IMG/VR virus record: IMGVR_UViG_3300028832_000125
DNA: 64,000 bases
Source: an uncultured virus (IMG/VR IMGVR_UViG_3300028832_000125)
Taxonomy: Duplodnaviria; Heunggongvirae; Uroviricota; Caudoviricetes
Direction: 5' to 3' (one strand)
The notes below the pieces were generated by a model that saw nothing but the letters and a program-made list of their open reading frames with translations, did not search any database and was not told the origin of the DNA. The translations under genes and the position numbers were made by a program. Position 1 is the first letter of the stretch, and each line of letters begins with the position of its first letter. Shown piece by piece: positions 29,946 through 38,869 of this stretch.

Positions 29946-30666
29946 GCGTTGGGACAGGGTGATAGCAAAAAAACTGTTCCCCTCTCCTATTATCTGCGTG
30001 GCCGAGAGTCAGGCAGAGCAGTACAGGCGCTTCAATCCAGAGTGCGAGATTGTGACCCATCCAGATGATGTTGTCGGGCTGATACCCAAGCGGAACTGGA
30101 TGGCAAAGCATTTCGGTGATTTGTTCATGGTCGATGATGATGTGTTCCAGTTCAAGAAACTGTTTAATGAGAAAGGCGAGCCGTGTAACATCAAAGACCC
30201 AGAGAGGGTGCAGCGCATAGTGGAAGAGTTGCACGAACTGGCAGAAATGCTCGATATTCACGTCTGGGGCTACACCAACCGTAAGACCCCGGTACAGTAT
30301 GATGAGCAGTGCTACCTCTCGTTCACCAGACAGATAACAGGCTGTTCGTATGGTGTACGCTACAACGAAAACGTCTGGTGGAATGAAGAGTTGAAGTTAA
30401 AAGAGGACTTCTGGATAAGCTGTTACATGAAGTACAAGGAGCGGCGTATTCTGACTGATGAGCGTTACACGTTCGTCCAGAAAGATACGTTTGTCAATGC
30501 TGGCGGTCTCTCTGAGATTCGCAACCATGATGAAGAGTTGCGTTCCATCCTGTTCATGCGTAAGAACTTCGGCGAGTCCATCCAACTGAAAGGGCAAGGC
30601 TCGAATGGCCATGAAAAGGTCATATCGAAGATACAGTATAACATAGTCACAAATTTTAAGTTTTGA
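29914..30666 (+). CDS. GT-A glycosyltransferase (TET-associated/GREB1-like type)
   Basis: IVIPSHKR, MVDDD, KEDF, NAGG motifs. Confidence 0.7.
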   Translation: MPLKIVIPSHKRWDRVIAKKLFPSPIICVAESQAEQYRRFNPECEIVTHPDDVVGLIPKRNWMAKHFGDLFMVDDDVFQFKKLFNEKGEPCNIKDPERVQRIVEELHELAEMLDIHVWGYTNRKTPVQYDEQCYLSFTRQITGCSYGVRYNENVWWNEELKLKEDFWISCYMKYKERRILTDERYTFVQKDTFVNAGGLSEIRNHDEELRSILFMRKNFGESIQLKGQGSNGHEKVISKIQYNIVTNFKF

Positions 30667-30757
30667 CCGACCATTTTTAAGTTAAAATATTTGTGTAACT
30701 CGCTAAAAATGACTAACTTTACCGTTGTAAACAAATGAACTTTTAATACAAAGAGCA

Positions 30758-31297
30758 ATGGAATTAAGAACAGTCAAAGGTTACGATTTTTATGAAGTAT
30801 CATCGGCAATGCAGAAGGCGATTCGCAGGGCAGATGTGAAGACAGCGGGTTATTTTGCTTTGGAGTTGTGGCATTCCGGCTATCGTGATTACGTCTGGAA
30901 AAGACTCTTCACAATCAGCGCAGAAGACTGCTACGGCCTCATCACCAAAGAGATTGAGGCGTTGTGGCAGGGCCATGAGTTAGTTAATAAGAAGCAGCCT
31001 GTTCCCAAAGGGAGGGTGTTCGTCAGTAAGGCTGTCCTGCTTCTGTGCGAGTGTCGCAAGTGCCGTGACGCAGACCATTTGCAGAACTTCGTCTATGACA
31101 AGAGCAAGGTTGAAAACATTGACCAGTGGCTCGAAGATGCCAGGAACTATCCTATCCCCATCCCTCAGTACACGTATGACGTGCACACCAGAAAGGGCAA
31201 GATGATGGGTCGCACAAAAGACCAGTTCTTCAGAGAAGAGTTTGATTCGCTGAAACCACGGGAGCCGGGTTTGTTTGATGATTTCTTCAAAACATAA
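30758..31297 (+). CDS. stand-alone MgsA/RarA C-terminal-like helical protein
   Basis: SAMQKAIRRAD...WKRLFTISAED...YDVHT. Confidence 0.65.
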   Translation: MELRTVKGYDFYEVSSAMQKAIRRADVKTAGYFALELWHSGYRDYVWKRLFTISAEDCYGLITKEIEALWQGHELVNKKQPVPKGRVFVSKAVLLLCECRKCRDADHLQNFVYDKSKVENIDQWLEDARNYPIPIPQYTYDVHTRKGKMMGRTKDQFFREEFDSLKPREPGLFDDFFKT

Positions 31298-31300
31298 GAT

Positions 31301-32074
31301 ATGGATAAAGTTGTAGTTACAGGAAGTGAGGGCTTCATCGGAAAGGCCCTCTGCGAGAAACTGAGAGAAAAGAATGTCGAGGTGGTACGGGTTGACCGAC
31401 ACCTCGGCATTGAGACAATAGGCATAGGTGACTATCTGGATAATGATGTCATCGCAGTGTTCCACCTTGCAGCCCAGAACTGTGTCTTTAATGGCGATTT
31501 TGCTCAGATTGTCGATGACAACATCAAGACGTTCGTGGAGGTTGTCAGCCAGTGCAATAAGCATAACGTCAAGTTGGTGTATGCCTCATCGGCAAACGCC
31601 TGTGACCAGAACATGACATCGATGTACGGTCTGAGCAAGTGGTTTGATGAGCAGTTCGCCCAGATGTATGCAAGGAACGCCACTGGCGTAAGGCTTTATA
31701 ACGTGTACGGCCCGGAGGCAAGACCGGGCACCATCCTTCATACCCTCTCTACTGAGGATGAAGTGACGCTGTTCAATAACGGCGAGAATATACGGTGCTT
31801 CACCTATATAGACGATGCCGTTGCGGGCCTCATCGCCGCCTATGGCTACAACCACAAGTTAGTGAACGTTGTCAACAACGAGCCCACCAGAATAGCCGAC
31901 TTCGCTAACGAGGTGGCCAAGTACCGTGACGTGCGTATCGTTCTGAATCCTGCAAAGAGGGAACATGACTGCGTGCTGCAGGCCGTTGACAGGGACATCT
32001 TCACGGTTCCGCTCCTGTACCGCAATTATTGTGTTGGGCTTAAAGAAGTGTTCAAGTATGGCAGAGCAGAATAA
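31301..32074 (+). CDS. NAD-dependent sugar epimerase/dehydratase
   Basis: TGSEGFIG, YASS, YGLSK, RLYNVYGP. Confidence 0.9.
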   Translation: MDKVVVTGSEGFIGKALCEKLREKNVEVVRVDRHLGIETIGIGDYLDNDVIAVFHLAAQNCVFNGDFAQIVDDNIKTFVEVVSQCNKHNVKLVYASSANACDQNMTSMYGLSKWFDEQFAQMYARNATGVRLYNVYGPEARPGTILHTLSTEDEVTLFNNGENIRCFTYIDDAVAGLIAAYGYNHKLVNVVNNEPTRIADFANEVAKYRDVRIVLNPAKREHDCVLQAVDRDIFTVPLLYRNYCVGLKEVFKYGRAE

Positions 32075-32435
32075 AGAAGGGAGTCCGAATTTCAGCCGGA
32101 AGCAGAAGCAGTTCCTCAAAGCGTTGTCTGGCGTGGCCGGGAATGTCACTGCCGCCTGCAAGTCTGCCAACGTGTCGAGGCAGACGTACTACAACTGGCT
32201 AAAGGATGATGACTTCGCAACAGCCGTTGATGAGGTGAACGAGGCTAACCTTGACTATGCCGAAAGCAAGTTGCAGGCTCTGATAAGGCAGGAGAATCCG
32301 ACAGCCATCATCTTTTACTTGAAGACGAAGGGTAAGAAGCGTGGGTATGTGGAGCGCATCGAGAATGAAGTTGACCTCACGGCGTTTGAAAAGCTGTTGA
32401 TGGATGATGAAGACGATGACGAAGACGATGAATGA
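32058..32435 (+). CDS. terS: terminase small subunit
   Basis: HTH (GNVTAACKSANVSRQTYYNW), IIFYLKTKGKKRGY; directly upstream of TerL. Confidence 0.8.
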   Translation: MAEQNKEGSPNFSRKQKQFLKALSGVAGNVTAACKSANVSRQTYYNWLKDDDFATAVDEVNEANLDYAESKLQALIRQENPTAIIFYLKTKGKKRGYVERIENEVDLTAFEKLLMDDEDDDEDDE

Positions 32436-33940
32436 TTGACCGCAAGAAAGGACGTAAGAAACTGAAAAGGTGGCGTGCCGACTGGAATCTGTTTGCCAAG
32501 GAGGTGTTGGGTGCCAAACTCGATAAGGAGCAGCAGGCAATACTATCATCCATACAGAAGAATCCGATGACGGCAGTAGCCAGTGGGACGGCAAGGGGCA
32601 AGGATTTCGTTGCAGCCTGTGCCGCCATGTGTTTCATGTACCTTACGCCCAGATTCAAAGACGGCAACCTCATTTCCAATACTAAGATAGCGATGACGGC
32701 TCCAACTGGCCGACAGGTGAAGGATATTATGATTCCAGAGGTGGCCCGCCAGTTCCGTAACGCAAAGGTTCTGCCAGGACGCTTGCTGTCAAACGGCATC
32801 CGTACCCGCTATGACGAATGGTACTTGACGGGCTTCAAGTCTTCCAATGACAATACTGAGGCGTGGTCTGGATTCCATGCCGTCAACACTATGTTTATCG
32901 TTACTGAGGCTTCTGGTATCACTGAGAGTACGTTTAATGCGATTGAGGGTAACTTGCAGGGTAACTCTCGGCTGCTGATAGTGTTTAACCCAAACATCAC
33001 AACGGGGTACGCGGCCAAGGCCATGAAGTCACCGCGATTCAAGAAATTCAGACTGAACTCCCTTAATGCCGAGAACGTGGTCAGCAAGCGCAACGTAATC
33101 CCCGGACAGGTCGATTATGAGTGGGTGAAGGATAAGGTTGAGAACTGGGCGCATCCCATACCCATAGAAGAGTTTGACGAAGGTGAGGGTGATTTCCACT
33201 GGGAGGGAAAGACGTACAGGCCAAACGACCTGTTCCGTGTCAAGGTTCTGGGAATGTTCCCGAAAGCCTCAGAGGATATGCTTATCCCGTATGAGTGGAT
33301 AGAGTTGGCTAACCAGAGGTGGGAAGAGTTGCATGAGAATAACTTTGTCAGTAAGAAGACACCCAGAGTCGGTGTTGATGTCGCAGGCATGGGACGTGAT
33401 AACAGCGTACTGCTTCCGAGGTACGGCAACTGGGTTCCAGAGATAAAGGTACACCAGTCCGGCGGCAAGGCCGACCACATGCACGTAGTCGGCATGACCG
33501 TGCCGTATCTCGACAAGGGCGGCAAGGCGTTCATTGATACCATCGGAGAGGGTGCGGGTGTTTACTCGCGTCTCGAGGAACTGGAGTATGATAACGCTTT
33601 CTCCTGCAAGTACTCAGAGGGTGCAAAGAACCTGCATGACATCACGGAGCAGTATTCCTTCGCCAATATGAGGGCGTATCTGTTCTGGTGTGTCCGTGAC
33701 TGGCTCAATCCAAAGAACGGCTATAATGCTGCACTGCCTCCAGATGACGGACTCGCTGAGGAAGCCACTGAGATACACTGGAAGTTTCAGAGTGACGGCA
33801 GGATAATCATAGAGCCGAAGGAAGAGATTAAGAAGAGGCTGAAACGTTCGCCGGACAAATTCGACGCTCTGGCAAACACGTTCTACCCGCATGACTATAG
33901 TGAGTCTGATGATGAAGACCTCGAAAAAGATTTGGTTTAG
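32432..33940 (+). CDS. terL: terminase large subunit
   Basis: SGTARGKD Walker A variant, IVTEAS Walker B, GVDVAGMG nuclease, SPDKFDAL. Confidence 0.9.
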   Translation: MIDRKKGRKKLKRWRADWNLFAKEVLGAKLDKEQQAILSSIQKNPMTAVASGTARGKDFVAACAAMCFMYLTPRFKDGNLISNTKIAMTAPTGRQVKDIMIPEVARQFRNAKVLPGRLLSNGIRTRYDEWYLTGFKSSNDNTEAWSGFHAVNTMFIVTEASGITESTFNAIEGNLQGNSRLLIVFNPNITTGYAAKAMKSPRFKKFRLNSLNAENVVSKRNVIPGQVDYEWVKDKVENWAHPIPIEEFDEGEGDFHWEGKTYRPNDLFRVKVLGMFPKASEDMLIPYEWIELANQRWEELHENNFVSKKTPRVGVDVAGMGRDNSVLLPRYGNWVPEIKVHQSGGKADHMHVVGMTVPYLDKGGKAFIDTIGEGAGVYSRLEELEYDNAFSCKYSEGAKNLHDITEQYSFANMRAYLFWCVRDWLNPKNGYNAALPPDDGLAEEATEIHWKFQSDGRIIIEPKEEIKKRLKRSPDKFDALANTFYPHDYSESDDEDLEKDLV

Positions 33941-33995
33941 AGTGGAAAATCCGGCAATTTTTTGTATTATCAAAAATATTTTGTAATTTTGCACC

Positions 33996-34068
33996 GAAAT
34001 CGTTTCTAATTTTGACGATTTCATTGCTCTTAGTGCATCGGTTCGTGAAGAATAGATGCACCTTTTTT
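33996..34068 (+). ncRNA. candidate antisense small RNA carrying a CAUUGCUCUU seed
   Basis: TTTG-19nt-TAATTTTG promoter; hairpin GAAATCGT/ACGATTTC; seed at 34022-34031; terminator GTGCATC/GATGCAC plus T6. Confidence 0.7.
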
Positions 34069-34073
34069 GTATT

Positions 34074-34179
34074 CGTTAAATAGAGTTGGTCAGGGAAAAA
34101 TAAAGGGTTTTCCGTTTTGATAATTCAGAAAATTTTTGTATCTTTGCAGTACAGAAATCAATTAAATAGAAGAGCAATG
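34074..34179 (+). promoter_or_regulatory. class A promoter cassette 3
   Basis: Repeated block. Confidence 0.8.
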
Positions 34180-34437
34180 AAATCGAGCAAATCACAACTT
34201 CAAAAGAAGTACAATAAGATGGCTTACCAGTATGACCCTTGGAAGCAGCAGATAGTTGTCGAGACTACCAGTGGTGAAATGGTCATCGAGTTAATGACAT
34301 CAGACAGGCAGTTCCACCTTATCAAGGTTGAGCGGCATGACAGCCAGGACATCATCGGCCTGGATGCTATCAATGAGAAAGTCTCATCCATGATTGCCAG
34401 TGGAGAGGTTATCAACGTTTATATTGATTCACTCTAA
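34177..34437 (+). CDS. hypothetical protein
   Basis: AAGAGCA-ATG start. Confidence 0.7.
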   Translation: MKSSKSQLQKKYNKMAYQYDPWKQQIVVETTSGEMVIELMTSDRQFHLIKVERHDSQDIIGLDAINEKVSSMIASGEVINVYIDSL

Positions 34438-34449
34438 ACGCACGGAGCC

Positions 34450-34773
34450 ATGGAGAAAGATATGATTACCCTGCAGGAACTTTACAAGTTCATATGCCAG
34501 TCTGAGGGCATCACCCAGAAGTCACTCAGATTCAAGCGTGTCGGTAAGGGCGGTGCCTGCTGCACCTATTCTGGAAAACGTGTCTATTCCATCAGTATAG
34601 ACCTCGCAAGAATCTGTATCGGTGCTGCATACGCCCTCTGTCATGAGGTAGCCCACCAGATACTCATTGAGAGGGATGGCAACGCCACCCATAACAGGGC
34701 ATTCAAGAAAGAAGAGCAGAGACTGGTGAAAGCATACGCCACCTGCCCTATAGCAAACAAGTTGATATTCTAA
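34450..34773 (+). CDS. SprT-like HExxH metallopeptidase
   Basis: LCHEVAH...HNRAF. Confidence 0.65.
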   Translation: MEKDMITLQELYKFICQSEGITQKSLRFKRVGKGGACCTYSGKRVYSISIDLARICIGAAYALCHEVAHQILIERDGNATHNRAFKKEEQRLVKAYATCPIANKLIF

Positions 34774-34784
34774 ATTCAAGAGCA

Positions 34785-35306
34785 ATGGAAACGAAGGAAA
34801 CGAAAGTCGTAAAGACGAAAACGAAGATGTGGAACGGCAAAGCCTACACCATCAAACTGACTGAGGAAAACGTGGCAGATATGCGCAAGGATGCCGAGGT
34901 CTGTAAGTTGAATGGCCATGACTTCGAGTATTACCTAAACCAGATGTTGACGTTCTGGATGCGCGATGACTGGCCGGAGGTTGCGGCACAGGTGTTTGCC
35001 GAGGCTGATCCTGTTCTGGCAGTCGGCATGGGAGCCACCATGAATCTCTGGAGTGACCGCAGGGCCATGACCATCGTAGAGGTTGTTACACCCAGAAAGG
35101 TTATCGTGCAGGAAAATGAAACGAAGTGTCTGGACTACTACGGTGGCCGCTACGAAGTTCTGGATTCCCTGGCAGAGTACATGAGCAGGCACACGTTCAC
35201 CCTCAGAAAGAATGGAACATGGGTAGAGGAAGGCCAGCCTAAGAAGTTCGGCAGCGTCACTCTCACTGTTGGGTTCCGGCATCATTACATAGACCCGAGT
35301 TTCTGA
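34785..35306 (+). CDS. hypothetical protein
   Basis: AAGAGCA-ATG start; ends Y.DPSF. Confidence 0.75.
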   Translation: METKETKVVKTKTKMWNGKAYTIKLTEENVADMRKDAEVCKLNGHDFEYYLNQMLTFWMRDDWPEVAAQVFAEADPVLAVGMGATMNLWSDRRAMTIVEVVTPRKVIVQENETKCLDYYGGRYEVLDSLAEYMSRHTFTLRKNGTWVEEGQPKKFGSVTLTVGFRHHYIDPSF

Positions 35307-35307
35307 C

Positions 35308-35592
35308 ATGAAGACGTATATTGTTCACCCGGTTGTTGATAGCCATATATGGGTAACCACCAGATGCAAGTCTGGGCGTAAGGAGGTGGAAAGAATATCA
35401 TTCCAGATAGACTGTCCCGGCAAGTGGTTTGATGATGAGTATAATTGTCATGTGGATGGCTGTGACTATCCGTTTGGCACTGTTGATGAGGCTCTGGAAC
35501 ATGGGGCGAAGGTGTTGCAGTTCAATGGGGAGCCGTATAGGTTTGTTCACACAGAAGAGAAGTATAATCCTTATGAGCGTTATGAAGTATAA
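35308..35592 (+). CDS. hypothetical protein
   Basis: Packed ORF. Confidence 0.6.
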   Translation: MKTYIVHPVVDSHIWVTTRCKSGRKEVERISFQIDCPGKWFDDEYNCHVDGCDYPFGTVDEALEHGAKVLQFNGEPYRFVHTEEKYNPYERYEV

Positions 35593-35761
35593 AGTCAAAG
35601 TCATTGAGACCCTATCCAGAATCGTAGAGGTTGAGGCCAGTAATTCCGATGAGGCTTGGGATAAGGTCGAGGCACAGTGGAAGTCATCGGAGATAGTGTT
35701 GGACGGTGATGACTATGAGGGTCACGAAATATACGTTGTTCATGGAAACGAAGACAAGTAA
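35582..35761 (+). CDS. DpnD/PcfM-like small protein
   Basis: KYKVKVIETLSRIVEVEA....A...V...W...EIVL. Confidence 0.7.
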   Translation: MKYKVKVIETLSRIVEVEASNSDEAWDKVEAQWKSSEIVLDGDDYEGHEIYVVHGNEDK

Positions 35762-35972
35762 GGCCGTGGAGTTGCTGAGAGGTGGCCGGATTCGTGAGGC
35801 ACTGGCCATCTTCCGCACCTTCCGCATGGGGTTCACCTCAGATGAGCGCAGAACCATCCAGATAGCGAGTGAGAGCATGAGCGGCCATAGCCGTTTCTAT
35901 GAGAGTCTGGGAATCAGCGTTGTTGCAGAGCAGCAGAAAGCCGTTGAGATACTGACCAGAAAGTACCTGTAG
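35742..35972 (+). CDS. hypothetical protein
   Basis: Packed ORF. Confidence 0.65.
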   Translation: METKTSKAVELLRGGRIREALAIFRTFRMGFTSDERRTIQIASESMSGHSRFYESLGISVVAEQQKAVEILTRKYL

Positions 35973-35979
35973 CCTCAAA

Positions 35980-36094
35980 GGTTAAATAGAGTTGGCCAGT
36001 GGAAAATAGAGTCTTTTTCGTTTTGATATTTCAGAGAAAAACGCTATCTTTGTAGTACATTTCTGATAATAACAATTTAATGGTAAGAGCAATG
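35980..36094 (+). promoter_or_regulatory. class A promoter cassette 4
   Basis: Repeated block. Confidence 0.75.
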
Positions 36095-36439
36095 AAATTA
36101 GTCACGAAACAAGTAGAGAAGGAGTTAGCGAAATATCCGCTGTACTCACAGGATGGCAAAAGGCAGGATGCCGTTTGCGTAGTCAAGTTTTTCCTCACTG
36201 GAGGCGCACACACATGGTACATACTGGAGGCGAATCTGGAAGAGGATACGCTGTATGGAATAACCGTCAACGGGTACGGGGAGTGCGAGTACGGGTATAT
36301 CAGTCTGAAAGAACTGGAGAGCCTGCGTAACAGTTGGGGCCTGGGTGTCGAGAGAGACATCTGCCACAAGCCTACGCCCCTCTGTCAGATGAAGGATGAG
36401 TGCTATCTGAGCAAGTTTATCAATGAACTTTATTCGTAA
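36092..36439 (+). CDS. DUF2958-like protein
   Basis: VVKFF..G..TWYILE...E.GYISL.EL...VERD. Confidence 0.75.
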   Translation: MKLVTKQVEKELAKYPLYSQDGKRQDAVCVVKFFLTGGAHTWYILEANLEEDTLYGITVNGYGECEYGYISLKELESLRNSWGLGVERDICHKPTPLCQMKDECYLSKFINELYS

Positions 36440-36577
36440 GGGCTATGGCACGGGTTAAGGAGATATGCGAAAACTGCAGGTTCTGGAAGTGCATGGGCTA
36501 CCACTACTATGAGTGTACGAAATATAACGAGCAGATGAGCCGTGATGACAGTTGCACCCAGTTTGAAGAAGAGTAGC

Positions 36578-36922
36578 ATGGAAGAGTTGGAGTTATTCCC
36601 AGAGCATGGCAACGGTGAAGACATGTCACCGATACTGAGGCAGTATCGTGATTTCAAGGCACTATATCCAGACGCTATAGTGCTGTTTGAAGTCGGTGAC
36701 TCCTATGAGGCATACGAGCAGGACGCTGAGGCTGTTGATAAGATACTTCACGGCAACAGGTACTATTGCGGCATCTTCAACAAGCATACTGGCAAGGAGT
36801 GGATGCACGCAATATCGTTCCCTCATTACAATCTCGATGTCTTTCTGCCGAAACTGGTGAAGGCAGGAAAGAAGGTGGCAATATGTGAACCACTGGAAAA
36901 ACCGATGGTGAATCAGACATAA
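36578..36922 (+). CDS. stand-alone MutS domain I protein
   Basis: SPILRQY..FK..YPDAIVLFEVGDSYEAY..DA...LPKLVKAG.KVAICE. Confidence 0.8.
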   Translation: MEELELFPEHGNGEDMSPILRQYRDFKALYPDAIVLFEVGDSYEAYEQDAEAVDKILHGNRYYCGIFNKHTGKEWMHAISFPHYNLDVFLPKLVKAGKKVAICEPLEKPMVNQT

Positions 36923-36924
36923 GG

Positions 36925-37366
36925 CTGTGCGCCGGGGTTCGAGCCTCCGGCACCAACAACGCGTGAGAGTTATCCGCATTTTCGGTAACACCTTTGAAGT
37001 GGCACTCTCGAAACATCAGAAACGGACAAAAACAGGCACTTGAAAGCGATGTGCGACCAGACGGCCACTGCCTGGGGGCAAGGAAAAGTCAGTACAAACC
37101 AGTCGAAGCCATCGAGAGACTTACAAAGCGATGGAGGTTGTATGCAACCACCGAGAGCGTAACATTGGGCGATAAAGGAAAGCGCAGGGTGTGAAGTTCC
37201 ACCCACCGAAAGGACTGCACCTGTCGCATGGCGGCATTTGCTGACACCTCAACAAGGTAGCCGTTTGCGGACGTATGAACCTGCACGCAGAGAGCACGCG
37301 TAATCATCCTCTGGAGCATACCAGTAATCAAAGCATGGGACAGCGGTAAAAGTCGCTGTTTCCCCC
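36925..37366 (+). ncRNA. candidate large structured non-coding RNA
   Basis: About 440 nt without a convincing ORF; T-loop-like GGTTCGAG hairpin, several stems and a terminal hairpin. Confidence 0.4.
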
Positions 37367-37370
37367 ATTG

Positions 37371-37476
37371 GGTTAAAAAGAGTTGGTTGGCCAAAAATAG
37401 AGTTCAATCGGTTTTGATGATTCAGAAATTTTTTGTAACTTTGCAGTATAGAAATTTAATAAGAGTAAGAGCAATG
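37371..37476 (+). promoter_or_regulatory. class A promoter cassette 5
   Basis: Repeated block; shares CCCATTGGGTTAAAAAGAGTTGGT with cassette 1. Confidence 0.8.
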
Positions 37477-37776
37477 AAAACGATTAAAATTCAGTTCCAG
37501 AGCAACGGTGAGACCGTTAAGAGAACAGCGATTGTCAATGACTGTCTGAACGAGTTGAGCAACAGCCAGAGAAACCAAGCCTGTGACATCAACAATGAGT
37601 GTTGGAGTGACGGCTTTTGGTCTCTGTTCTTTGAGGGAGAGCCGGGCACCCAGTATGAAGTCGAGTTCGAGTTTGATACTGAGAACCATCGTGAGACATT
37701 GAAACCTGTCAAGGCCATAACATGGGTAGATGACATTATCGAGGATGTGCAACCAGTGAAAGTAACAGTTAAGTAG
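37474..37776 (+). CDS. hypothetical protein
   Basis: AAGAGCA-ATG start. Confidence 0.7.
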   Translation: MKTIKIQFQSNGETVKRTAIVNDCLNELSNSQRNQACDINNECWSDGFWSLFFEGEPGTQYEVEFEFDTENHRETLKPVKAITWVDDIIEDVQPVKVTVK

Positions 37777-37800
37777 TAACCCTATAAAAAGTTAAGAGCA

Positions 37801-38442
37801 ATGAACACGTATTCAAAATTCTGTCCTAACGTCTTCGTAGCAAAGTGCGAAGAGAGGCATGAGAAAGGTGAGATTATCACCGTAGAAACGAAGTATGGAA
37901 AAGAGAATGAGCACATCGTCCACAATCTGGTTAAGCAGGGTGGCGGTTTCTTCTACTACTCCATCACCAGAGTTGACGGCTACAACTGCCAGGAAAGGGC
38001 CAAGCGCAAGGTTGAGAGGTATGAGCAGGCTGCTGCCAATGCCGACAGACGCGCAGGCGAGTATTTCGACAAGTCCAATAAGGATGCGGGGTTCCTCTCT
38101 CTGGGAGAGCCTATCAAGGTCGGGCATCACAGTGAGCGCAGACACCGAAAGGCCATTGAGGATGCACAGCGCAACACTGGTAAGATGGTCGCTGAAATGG
38201 ATAAGGCTGAGTCATACCGCGAGAAGGCTGACGGATGGGCGCAGCATACTGAGGATATTAACCTGTCGATGCCGGAGAGTATTCAGTATTATGCTGAACT
38301 TCTGGAAAAGGCAAAGGCGTACCACCAAGCCATGAAGGATGGCAAGATAGAGCGTGAGCACGCCTACTCTCTGACCTATGCCAAAAAGGCTGTCAACGAA
38401 GCGCAGAAGAATTACGATATGGCAGTAAGGCTATGGGGTTGA
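37801..38442 (+). CDS. DUF3560-like protein
   Basis: GEPIKVGHHSERRHR motif. Confidence 0.8.
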   Translation: MNTYSKFCPNVFVAKCEERHEKGEIITVETKYGKENEHIVHNLVKQGGGFFYYSITRVDGYNCQERAKRKVERYEQAAANADRRAGEYFDKSNKDAGFLSLGEPIKVGHHSERRHRKAIEDAQRNTGKMVAEMDKAESYREKADGWAQHTEDINLSMPESIQYYAELLEKAKAYHQAMKDGKIEREHAYSLTYAKKAVNEAQKNYDMAVRLWG

Positions 38443-38514
38443 GGCGAAGAGGCGGTGATAACTTGATTCCCATGCGCTCATACTATGATGGCCGCATAAT
38501 AGGGTATCTGAGTC

Positions 38515-38736
38515 ATGAACCAGAGAGAACAGGAAGTTATGGTAGGAGCAAAGACGCAAACCGAAGCATGGCTGATACAGCAGATGTGGGACTGCCGCAG
38601 GGAAATCAACCTGTATAAGACGGAGCCGTATATGACCAATCCCACAAGGCATATCGCAACCTCATACATGAAGCGTTGCATGAACGGTTACCGCAGTCAG
38701 TTGGAACGGCACAGGCGATACCAGAAGAGTCACTAA
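38515..38736 (+). CDS. hypothetical protein
   Basis: ORF before terminator. Confidence 0.5.
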   Translation: MNQREQEVMVGAKTQTEAWLIQQMWDCRREINLYKTEPYMTNPTRHIATSYMKRCMNGYRSQLERHRRYQKSH

Positions 38737-38759
38737 ACAGTAGAAAAGCGGTGGTTTTC

Positions 38760-38801
38760 AATCAAAAGGCGTGCGAAAGTGCGCCTTTTATTGATTTTTT
38801 T
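38760..38801 (+). terminator. intrinsic terminator
   Basis: AAAAGGCGTGC-GAAA-GTGCGCCTTTT hairpin plus T run. Confidence 0.75.
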
Positions 38802-38802
38802 A

Positions 38803-38842
38803 GTTAAAGTTATTTGTTATTCAAATAATTTGTGTAACTTTG
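38803..38842 (+). promoter_or_regulatory. class B promoter (portal)
   Basis: TATTTGTTATTCAAATA at 38811; TAACTTTG at 38835. Confidence 0.75.
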
Positions 38843-38869
38843 CGCCTGTAATTACAAAAGTTTCCTATC

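Noticed and set aside
33614..34024. Minus-strand ORF starting with its own AAGAGCA-ATG (MKSSKLET...) as an alternative explanation for the antisense seed
   Set aside because: It overlaps terL antisense and has no minus-strand TAnnTTTG box upstream, while the + strand has both promoter and T-tailed terminator. Less likely, but not formally excluded.
36925..37366. Group I/II intron or complete tRNA
   Set aside because: It does not interrupt a gene, I see no recognisable domain V or full cloverleaf, and there is no intron-encoded protein.
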